A DNA stretch of 64,000 bases from a candidate division WOR-3 bacterium (GTDB taxonomy: Bacteria; Hydrothermota; Tepidihabitantia; Tepidihabitantales; Tepidihabitantaceae): contig JABLXZ010000004.1 in assembly GCA_013177935.1 (NCBI GenBank), forward strand, positions 340,059 to 404,058. Reading direction: 5' to 3'. A program made the position numbers and the translations under genes. Positions 56,632 through 64,000 of the stretch are shown in pieces. The notes under the pieces are model-generated. The model was not told the origin of the DNA. It did no database searches and saw only the letters and a program-made list of their open reading frames with translations. The first letter of the stretch is position 1, and each line of letters starts with the position of its first letter.

Positions 56632-57954
56632 GTGATTGAAAAACTGCTCGTTGCTAACCGGGGAAACCCGGCATTGCGCATCATCCGCACCTGCCGGGAA
56701 CTGGGAGTCAAAACGGTTGCGGTTTACTCCGAAGCGGACCGGGACTCTTTGCCGGTGCTCCTTGCTGACGAAATGGTGTGCATTGGCAAGCCCGACCCCC
56801 GCGACAGTTATTTGAACATCTCCCGCATCCTCTCTGCCGCGGAAATCACCCGGTGTAATGCCGTCCATCCGGGCTGGAACTTCCTTGCCACCAATGCCGA
56901 GTTTGCCGACGCTGTGCAGAGCACCGGCATCATCTGGATTGGACCGCCACCGGACCTGCTGCGCCTTTTAAGTTCCCGGCTCGAAGTGCGTAACCGCATC
57001 GCCGGCGCCGGTGTCCCGGTTGTTCCCGGCAGTGATGAACCGCTCAAAACCCCGCAGGATGCGATTCCAGTCTGCCGGCAACTCGGTCTGCCGGTTGTAG
57101 TAAGACCGGTGGCAGAGTATGTCCACCGGACCCGGGTCATCAACAAAGAGAAGGACATCGAAACGCAGGTCCGGATGTGTCAGGCAGAAATCCGCGCCGA
57201 TTACGAGAGCGATACCAGTGGTAGTATCGCTTCCGCCGAGGTTTACATCGAGCGGCTGATACCAGATGCCCGCCTGATTGAAATTCAGGTTGCCATTGAC
57301 CGCCCAAAACAAACCCTCCTCTTTGACGACCGGGAGATAATTGAACACCACGGTAAAAAAGTTATCGCCTGCTCCCCACCTCCTGGACTCAAGCCAGCCC
57401 GGCGTCGGCAACTGTTCAACTGGGCGGAAAGGGTCGTAGAAGCACTAAACTGGCGAGGTGTCAGTACGGTCCATTTTCTCCTCGACAAGACCGGTCACGC
57501 CTACTTCTACCGCTTCACCCCCCATCTTACCGAATTCCACCCGGCGATTGAGATTCGCTATGGAATCGACCTCATCCAGACCCAACTTTTCACCACCCCT
57601 TCTCAAACAGCCGAATCTGACCGGGCAATTAACTCACCTACCCTTCCCATTTCCGACTTTATCATCACCAGCCAGCTGTTTGCCGAAAATCCCGACGCCG
57701 AGTTTGAACCATCGCCCGGAACAGTTACCAACATCCGTTTGCCCGGTGGTCCCAATATTCGGCTTGACACCGACATCATCCCCGGTACTCAGGTCACTCC
57801 GTACTACGACTACGCCCTCGGCACCATCTCCGCCTGGGGACCTGATGCCACTGTCACCATCAACCGGCTCGCCCGCGCCCTTGCCGAAACTACCGTCACC
57901 GGCATCCGGACCAATATCCCGTTTCTTTTTGACTTTATCCGGACTTTCATCTAA
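56632..57954 (+). CDS. Biotin-carboxylase (AccC)-like protein with degenerate ATP-grasp core; probably non-catalytic
   Basis: The N-terminus MIEKLLVANRGNPALRIIRTCRELGVKTVAVYSEADRDSLPVLLADEMVCIG and C-terminus ..PGGPNIRLDT...TPYYDYALGTI match AccC. The Gly-rich loop (GGGGRG) and the E..NTR active-site block are absent or changed (VVRPVAEYVHRT; RFTPHLTEFH). Confidence 0.55.
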   Translation: MIEKLLVANRGNPALRIIRTCRELGVKTVAVYSEADRDSLPVLLADEMVCIGKPDPRDSYLNISRILSAAEITRCNAVHPGWNFLATNAEFADAVQSTGIIWIGPPPDLLRLLSSRLEVRNRIAGAGVPVVPGSDEPLKTPQDAIPVCRQLGLPVVVRPVAEYVHRTRVINKEKDIETQVRMCQAEIRADYESDTSGSIASAEVYIERLIPDARLIEIQVAIDRPKQTLLFDDREIIEHHGKKVIACSPPPGLKPARRRQLFNWAERVVEALNWRGVSTVHFLLDKTGHAYFYRFTPHLTEFHPAIEIRYGIDLIQTQLFTTPSQTAESDRAINSPTLPISDFIITSQLFAENPDAEFEPSPGTVTNIRLPGGPNIRLDTDIIPGTQVTPYYDYALGTISAWGPDATVTINRLARALAETTVTGIRTNIPFLFDFIRTFI

Positions 57955-58018
57955 CCGATTTATAAATTGGCAAAATTACTACTGCTTTGCCCGATTTACT
58001 TGACCATTCCAATGTTAA

Positions 58019-59773
58019 TTGGTATATTTATATTTAAGTTTGGCGCATTTGACGATTAAACAGATGCGGAAAGATACTGCGGTTACACCTCAACTCCTGA
58101 AGGAAGCAATCCAGGAGGTTGACTTCCTGCTGAAAAGAAGTGTTGTCCGTTATCCGGAATGCCTGCCCGCCCATCATCCTTCACGCCTGACCGCCTGGCG
58201 TGCCGGAGAAACCAATCGCCATTACGAACTTTATCAAACCGACCCAAACATCGTACCGCATCTTCTCAGCGCCGTAAAATTTGAAGAGTTAAACCCGCTG
58301 CAGCGGGAACTTGAACTCCACCGTTCCTATGCCGAAGCGCTGCTTGTTGCCGAGCAACTCCACGAGGTTGAAATCAGCGCTGAACAACGGGAGGAACTTG
58401 TCCAGCGCGCCCTGGGGATATTACCATCCTCCGAAGCCCGCCGTTTTGGCGAAATCCACTCCTGCCCCGCAGTTCAGCCCCGTCAGATTGCCGACTCTAC
58501 CGCAACACTTCTTCAGGCGCTCGACCTCATCGCTCAGGAACTGGGCGCGGCAACCGCTCTTGCCTACGGCATGTTTATCGTCGCTGGCCTGCGCGCCCGA
58601 GCCGAATTTGAGAAGTATGGACAGCGACTCGACACCCTTTTCCACCGCATTGTATCTGCCCCGGAAGTTCTCCAGATGCTTGATATGGTTACCCTCAATG
58701 GCCGCCGTGCCGGCTTTGAACCTCAGTTTAGACTCCTCCTCGCGGTTCGGGAACAACTCTGGAAACTGAAACCCAACCGCATCGCCCCAACCGGATTTCT
58801 TCTCACCAAAATCATCGACGCCTACCTGTCCAACCGCCCCAGTGTTGGTAACATCCTCGGCGTTACCATCCTTGACAGCATTATCATCGGAAAATTGGGC
58901 TTTGAAGTCCGCTACCTGTACGAATCCAATAAACTGTGCCTGGAAACGCTGATTGACACCCGCAGCGTTTACTGGGACCCGGCTGAACCGGCACCGCTCT
59001 CTTTTACACCCATCGTCAGCGGTAAACGGCTCCAGGTCTCCGACCTCATCGCCCTGATTTACGCCAGCCTCGCTAACGCCTACTTCACCCAGACCTACTG
59101 GGATAAGGCGATTGAGAACTACGAAAAGGTCCTCGAACTCATCCCCGATTCAACCGAAACCTACACCGACATCGCTGTCTGCTATCTGCGTAAAAACCTG
59201 CCCGACAAAGCGATTGTTGCGCTCCAGCAAGCGCTCAAACATACACCCAACTCACCGACCGTACACCACATCTTGGGCAACGCCTATGCAATGGCAAACC
59301 AGTGGCGTCAGGCAGTGGCTTCCTACAAAAAAGCGATTCACTTCAGCCCGAAATTTCCGGAAGCCTGGTACAATATGGGTCTTGCCTACGAAAAACTCGA
59401 GATGTTCGACCAGGCTGCCGCCGCCTTCCAGATGGCAACCGAACTGAAGCCCGACTACACCACCGCCTACCTTGCCCTGGGCAACCTGGCGCTGGAACGC
59501 TCCCAGCCCAAAGAGGCGCTGAAATACTACCGCGAGGTCTTAAAGCACGACCCCAACCATGTTGCCGCTTACTACAACCTCGGTCGTGCCTATTACGAAC
59601 TAAAAGACCTCGACAACGCCATTCAATCTTACCAGAAGGCGGTCAAACTGAATCCGAAGCACGCTGGTGCCTGGTACAATCTTGGCATCGCCTACCGGGA
59701 CAAAGGCCAAAAAGAAAAGGCGGTCCAGGCGTTGGAACAGGCAATCGCCTTAAACCCGAACCTGTTGAGGTAA
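58019..59773 (+). CDS. TPR-repeat protein with an N-terminal domain of unknown function
   Basis: The C-terminal ~250 aa carry canonical TPRs (AWYNMGLAYEKLEMFDQAAAAFQMATELKPDY...); the start may be the internal MRKD. Confidence 0.55.
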   Translation: MVYLYLSLAHLTIKQMRKDTAVTPQLLKEAIQEVDFLLKRSVVRYPECLPAHHPSRLTAWRAGETNRHYELYQTDPNIVPHLLSAVKFEELNPLQRELELHRSYAEALLVAEQLHEVEISAEQREELVQRALGILPSSEARRFGEIHSCPAVQPRQIADSTATLLQALDLIAQELGAATALAYGMFIVAGLRARAEFEKYGQRLDTLFHRIVSAPEVLQMLDMVTLNGRRAGFEPQFRLLLAVREQLWKLKPNRIAPTGFLLTKIIDAYLSNRPSVGNILGVTILDSIIIGKLGFEVRYLYESNKLCLETLIDTRSVYWDPAEPAPLSFTPIVSGKRLQVSDLIALIYASLANAYFTQTYWDKAIENYEKVLELIPDSTETYTDIAVCYLRKNLPDKAIVALQQALKHTPNSPTVHHILGNAYAMANQWRQAVASYKKAIHFSPKFPEAWYNMGLAYEKLEMFDQAAAAFQMATELKPDYTTAYLALGNLALERSQPKEALKYYREVLKHDPNHVAAYYNLGRAYYELKDLDNAIQSYQKAVKLNPKHAGAWYNLGIAYRDKGQKEKAVQALEQAIALNPNLLR

Positions 59774-59776
59774 CCA

Positions 59777-60616
59777 ATGGGATTGACCGACTTGCCTTTA
59801 ATCCGCTCCCTAACCGAACTGTTTCGCCGGACATTTATCCGGGAAAAACCGTTCGTCTGGAACCCGGGCCGGATTGGACCGCGCTTTGACTGGCTTGACT
59901 ACAACCACATCCTGATTCGGGAAGGTCCCCTCAGTGGGAAACAGCTGGAACTCACCACCGAAATCCTGCCCAACAAAGCAAGTATTTATGCCGCCCTTGA
60001 TGGCCAGCAGATTGGCCGGGCATACATCGAACGCGACCCGCCCGGTCTTGGTGTCATTCTCTGGGACATCGCGGTGAAAGAGGGTTTTCGGCGCAAGGGG
60101 GTCGCCTCAATTATGACCTACTGCATCTTCCGGGAACTCCTTTCCATCCAGAAAACCGCCTTCTTCAAAATCCGGATGATGCGGCTGATGAAACCCGGGG
60201 AAAAGAACATTGAACTGCAGAATGTCGGCATCGGAGTTATCGGTAATCGACTGGGCTTTACCCCGGAGTTTAATCTTGACCGATTACTGCGACCCGACAA
60301 CATCGTTGGTCTGGAAGTCCTGCCGGCAAAAGGCGACTTTCCGCCCAGTTTCAAAATCGTCATCAAAACCTTTCCCCTTGTCTTAATCGCCTTTGTCCTC
60401 GACCCGGACACGATGAAACCGGTTGACGACTTCCGCACCTATGTCCAGCTCACGAAAGACGAATCCACCATCTACAACTGGGTGCGCCGCGGCCTGATTG
60501 TCATCGGCAACGGCAACTATTGGCTGCGCAACAACGGCCTCGACCAGTTCGTAAACCACCTCGCCACCGATGAGTGGGAAGCGCGGCAATTCCGCCGCAA
60601 AGTGCGCGGTGTATAG
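59777..60616 (+). CDS. GNAT-like acetyltransferase domain protein with C-terminal HTH-like region
   Basis: Motif A-like ...FRRKGVASIMTYCIFREL; C-terminus TYVQLTKDESTIYNWVRRGLIVIGNGNYWL looks like an excisionase/MerR-like HTH. Confidence 0.4.
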   Translation: MGLTDLPLIRSLTELFRRTFIREKPFVWNPGRIGPRFDWLDYNHILIREGPLSGKQLELTTEILPNKASIYAALDGQQIGRAYIERDPPGLGVILWDIAVKEGFRRKGVASIMTYCIFRELLSIQKTAFFKIRMMRLMKPGEKNIELQNVGIGVIGNRLGFTPEFNLDRLLRPDNIVGLEVLPAKGDFPPSFKIVIKTFPLVLIAFVLDPDTMKPVDDFRTYVQLTKDESTIYNWVRRGLIVIGNGNYWLRNNGLDQFVNHLATDEWEARQFRRKVRGV

Positions 60617-60708
60617 GAGGCACTATCCCAGAAAAACTGCGCCTCGACGCCCACCGCTCAATTGAGGTCAACATCAACCGGCTCAGCCCTCGTATCGGCT
60701 GTGGTTTG

Positions 60709-61278
60709 ATGCTCGCAACACTTCCCCGCTTTGAATCGGTAGACGCCCTGAACAACATAATGAACAACTATGGTTACAACCGCATCCATGCCGACAAGCC
60801 GGCGCAAAAAACTCTGAGCAACTCTGCCCTGCTAAAGCAGTTCTACGACAACGCCTTTATCAACAAAACACCCCTCCAGCAAAACTTCCGTTCCACTTAT
60901 GGCCATCTTGAAATCTATCTTGCCTTTGACCCGGCGGCGAAAACCGCCTGGTTTATATCCGACCCGCAGAATAAAATTGCCCTTGTTAACTACTACCGGG
61001 ATGCGGTCTCCCTCGGACTTAAAGCCGATGGCATCCTCCTAATTGGTTCAACACCAAAACTTACACCCCTGGGCTGGCAGAATCTGCACGACCTGTTGAC
61101 ACCCGAATTCTTTCAGAAGTATGGGCCAATCGAACGGGTGGAGATAATGAGTTTACTGTCCGGTGCGCGCTTGCGCCCACCTTCACTGGGACTGGGAGTA
61201 ACACTCTTGAATCTGAAAGATTTGAAGGATATTCGAGCCGCGGTGGAAGCCGCAGCGCGGGGCGAAAATTCAATGTAA
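60709..61278 (+). CDS. hypothetical protein (start trimmed to the first ATG past the upstream gene)
   Basis: The table ORF 60574.. overlaps the previous gene; no recognisable motif. Confidence 0.35.
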   Translation: MLATLPRFESVDALNNIMNNYGYNRIHADKPAQKTLSNSALLKQFYDNAFINKTPLQQNFRSTYGHLEIYLAFDPAAKTAWFISDPQNKIALVNYYRDAVSLGLKADGILLIGSTPKLTPLGWQNLHDLLTPEFFQKYGPIERVEIMSLLSGARLRPPSLGLGVTLLNLKDLKDIRAAVEAAARGENSM

Positions 61279-61325
61279 GAATGTCGGTCTTGACAGTCTG
61301 ACGGAAAAATGTAAAATAATTTATC

Positions 61326-62363
61326 ATGCTACCAAGAATTGGCAAACTTGATACCGAATCGTTTGAAAGGTTTATCTTCCCCTATCTCGGTGCCGAATCG
61401 TCCTGGGTTCTTCTTGGTCCCCGGCACGGAGTTGACGCTGCGGTTATCGCCCTGGATGATGCGCCGGCAGGAATGCGCCGCGTAATGGCGGTTGCCGAAG
61501 ACCCGACTTTCGGGATGCCGGTTCTCCTTTCCAATCTGGGCTGGGGCATCGTCCACATCTGTGCCAGCGATGTCGCTGTAATTGGGATTAAACCCCAGTT
61601 TCTTTCCATCTGCCTTCTTTTACCACCGGAAACCGAACCCGCGGTACTGGAGAACATCTGGCGCCAGGTGGACGAAGAGTGCAAAAAATTGGGAATCGCC
61701 ATCGTCGGTGGCCATACCGGTGTTTATCCTGGCATCGCCTATCCGTTGAATGGCGGCTGCACCGTCTGGGGATTTGGCGATGAGAGCGAACTCACCCCGG
61801 CTTCCGCAGCAAAACCGGGTGATGTTCTGGTCGTAACCAAAGGACCGGCGATTGAAGCCGCGGCAATCCTTGCCCTGCAAGCCGAAGCAGAGTTAAAGGG
61901 AAAACTCGGTACTGAAGTGGTTGAGCGCGCTAAGGAACTGTTTTATCAGATGACGGTGGTGCCGGATGCGCTGCTGTGCCGGGGTTATGCCCGGGCGATG
62001 CATGATGCCACTGAAGGCGGGCTCCTGGGCGGGGTCTATGAAATGGCAGAGGCAAGCGGTGCCGGGGTTACGGTCTACGAAGAAAAAATTGTTACTCTTG
62101 ATGAGGTCAAACAGGTGTGTGCCTATTTCGAGATTGACCCGCTGGTTGCAATCAGCGAAGGAACGCTGGTTGCCGCGGTGCCGCCGGAAAAAGTTAATGA
62201 GTTAAAGGCTGCCGCATCCCGGGCTGGACTGCCGTTGTATGAAATTGGCGAGTTCACAAAGAGTACCCGGCGTTTTGTCCGGCGCAATGGCAAAGAAGAG
62301 CCGCTTTTACCGGTAAAGGAAGACCCGTTCTGGCAGGCGTATTTTAAGGCGGTGATGAAATGA
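61326..62363 (+). CDS. AIR-synthase-related (PurM-like) protein, ThiL/HypE-like
   Basis: The PurM N-domain motif GPRHGVDAAVIAL and ...IVGGHTG... are present. It has no C-terminal Cys, so it is not a canonical HypE. Confidence 0.55.
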   Translation: MLPRIGKLDTESFERFIFPYLGAESSWVLLGPRHGVDAAVIALDDAPAGMRRVMAVAEDPTFGMPVLLSNLGWGIVHICASDVAVIGIKPQFLSICLLLPPETEPAVLENIWRQVDEECKKLGIAIVGGHTGVYPGIAYPLNGGCTVWGFGDESELTPASAAKPGDVLVVTKGPAIEAAAILALQAEAELKGKLGTEVVERAKELFYQMTVVPDALLCRGYARAMHDATEGGLLGGVYEMAEASGAGVTVYEEKIVTLDEVKQVCAYFEIDPLVAISEGTLVAAVPPEKVNELKAAASRAGLPLYEIGEFTKSTRRFVRRNGKEEPLLPVKEDPFWQAYFKAVMK

Positions 62364-62950
62364 GTGACCGCCCAAAAGAGGTTGTCGAACGGCTTGGCGC
62401 CGCAGTTGCGCTCCTCGAATTCTGCCCCGAATTTGCCCTCCTGATTCCTGAGGTCCGCACCAACATCGTCTTCTGCCCGGCTGATGCTCGAACCCCGGCT
62501 GATGTCCTTGCGGTTGATGGGAGAATTACCGTAGTCAATGGTAAACCCAAAGCCAGTGGTCCACTCCGTTTTGGCGCCTCAGACCATCTTGCCCGGCTCG
62601 TTCTTCAGTTACGCCACCATCAGCCCGCAATCCGTACCGCCCTCAACTTTCGCTGGAATGAACAGATACTCAGTTTTGTCTCGTCCTGGGCAGAGCGGCG
62701 TGGAAAAAGACTCGGCGTGATTGACCGAACAAAAGAGCCGGCAACGGTAATTGGTCAGGACCGGATGTCAATACCCTGGAAGGTGAAAGAACTGGTCGCC
62801 GGCACCGGTGGCACTGTACCCGAGATTTTTTACGAAACCCGGGGCTGGGGAAAGGAACCGCTGTTTGTTATCGTCGGCACCGACCCGGTCGAAATTGTCC
62901 AGGAGGTCACCGCCCTTGCCCGGGAGTATGCACAAATCAATCAGCAATAG
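62360..62950 (+). CDS. hypothetical protein (196 aa), translationally coupled to the PurM-like gene; possibly ThiN-like
   Basis: 4-nt overlap; the assignment is weak. Confidence 0.35.
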   Translation: MSDRPKEVVERLGAAVALLEFCPEFALLIPEVRTNIVFCPADARTPADVLAVDGRITVVNGKPKASGPLRFGASDHLARLVLQLRHHQPAIRTALNFRWNEQILSFVSSWAERRGKRLGVIDRTKEPATVIGQDRMSIPWKVKELVAGTGGTVPEIFYETRGWGKEPLFVIVGTDPVEIVQEVTALAREYAQINQQ

Positions 62951-62956
62951 GACCAT

Positions 62957-62983
62957 TTACCGGCACATTGCGCTGTGCTCCCA
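62957..62983 (+). promoter_or_regulatory. Fifth copy of the TACCGGCACATTGC...TGTGCTCC motif (GGCACA-N6-TGTGCT), overlapping the start region of the S55 peptidase gene
   Basis: TTACCGGCACATTGCGCTGTGCTCCC; it shares a 14-mer with 957-970. Confidence 0.35.
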
Positions 62984-64000
62984 AATTCGGGCAGTTTGCC
63001 CCATCCTGCTCCTTATTGTCCTGTGTCCGATTGCGTTCGCCGCCTCTTTCCTGCCCGTGGACAGTGTTAAACCCGGGATGCAAGGATTTGGACTTTCGGT
63101 TTTCTCCGGTACAAAGATTGACACCTTTAAGGTAGAGGTGCTCGATGTGATGCGCAAGATTTCCCCGCGCGGTGACCTTGTTCTCTGCCGGCTTTCGGGT
63201 GCTGGGCTGGAAAATTCCGGTGTCATCGCCGGAATGTCCGGAAGTCCGGTTTATATCAATGGTAAACTCCTGGGTGCGGTCGCCTATGCCTGGTCCTGGG
63301 CAAAAGAACCGATTGCCGGCGTCACGCCGATTCACGAGATGCTTGACATCTGGAAGGCGCAACCCGGCGCGCGCCCGCGCTCCGGCGCATCGCGCTCCAA
63401 TTTACCCCATCTGCCTATCCCGGTTGCCATCTCCGGTCTCAACCCTGAACTGGAACAACTCCTCACCCCATCCCTGACCGCCCTGGGAATGAAACCGGTT
63501 GCCGGCGCCAGCGGCACCAGCACAACCGACACCTCAGCCTTTGTGCCGGGCGGCGTAATTGGCGTCTCCTTGATTGATGGCGATGTGCGCGCCGCCGCGG
63601 TGGGCACGATTACCTATCGGGAAGGGAACCAGATTCTTGCTTTTGGCCACCCGTTCTTTCTGGGCGGTGATGTCCAGCTGCCAATGACCGGTGGCGTCAT
63701 TCATTCGGTTCTCGCCTCTTTCGCCACCTCGTTCAAACTCTTTTCTCCCGGCACTCCAATCGGTACCATTACTCAGGACCGAGCACCCGGTATCGCCGGT
63801 ACAATGGGAACGCCTGCCCCGATGCTACCGGTCCGGGTCATCGTCAACTCACCGAAAATTCGGGACACCTACAACTTTCGCGTCGCCCTCCATGAACAAC
63901 TCACCCCGGAATTTCTGCCTATCGGGATTGCCGAAGCGGTGTTACAGACCGAAGGTATGCTCGAAGAGTTGACATTAAACAGTAATCTCAAATTACACTT
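62973..64000 (+). CDS. S55 (SpoIVB-like) peptidase domain protein, 3'-truncated by window end; start codon uncertain
   Basis: Frame 0 is open from 62946 to 64000: ...AVCPILLLIVLCPIAFAASFLPVDS (signal-like) ...GTKIDTFKVEVLDVMRKISPRGDLVLCRLSGAGLENSGVIAGMSGSPVYINGKLLGAVAYAW. This matches the SpoIVB GMSGSP serine motif. Only a CTG (62973) or ATT precedes the signal peptide; the first ATG is at 63078. Confidence 0.55.
   Translation, partial: MCSQIRAVCPILLLIVLCPIAFAASFLPVDSVKPGMQGFGLSVFSGTKIDTFKVEVLDVMRKISPRGDLVLCRLSGAGLENSGVIAGMSGSPVYINGKLLGAVAYAWSWAKEPIAGVTPIHEMLDIWKAQPGARPRSGASRSNLPHLPIPVAISGLNPELEQLLTPSLTALGMKPVAGASGTSTTDTSAFVPGGVIGVSLIDGDVRAAAVGTITYREGNQILAFGHPFFLGGDVQLPMTGGVIHSVLASFATSFKLFSPGTPIGTITQDRAPGIAGTMGTPAPMLPVRVIVNSPKIRDTYNFRVALHEQLTPEFLPIGIAEAVLQTEGMLEELTLNSNLKLH

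Overview
This is a high-GC bacterial chromosomal window carrying type IX secretion (T9SS) C-terminal sorting domains on several secreted proteins, a BatA/DUF58 pair and RND efflux, which point to an FCB-group-like organism. Coordinates follow the supplied ORF table. The window opens with the 5' end of gyrB and a DUF721/DciA gene (a dnaA-proximal context). It then runs through a DUF58-BatA pair, a two-component-system operon, two tandem BNR/T9SS proteins, rpmB, a GDP-sugar (Gmd/Rmd-like) + GT2 + GT4 glycan locus, and a compact minus-strand operon (unknown protein + two paralogous P-loop ATPases + Lhr-like helicase) that I flag as the best candidate for an undescribed system. Further along are T9SS cargo genes, one of them interrupted by a G10 homopolymer. 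Then come two tRNA-Ser genes, gltX, glnS, a TetR-TolC-MFP-RND efflux operon, tldD/pmbA, tRNA-Leu, a giant P-loop-NTPase-TPR protein with a TPR-only paralog, and a housekeeping block (dtd, yicC, gmk, rpoZ, coaBC, dnaB, radA, pepP, efp). After those sit a degenerate accC-like gene, a GNAT-HTH gene, a PurM-like gene, and the start of an S55/SpoIVB-like peptidase that runs off the window. Non-genic structure worth noting: a ~25-nt palindromic motif (TACSGGCACAYTGC-N2-YGTGCYCC) in at least five copies at gene starts; a dispersed 24-bp repeat family (a 6.5-unit tandem array plus two units between the tRNA-Ser genes); a 39-bp element in two copies; consensus sigma70-like promoters that leave essentially leaderless transcripts; and two long non-coding gaps. 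All functional calls are from motif recognition by eye; no database searches were run.
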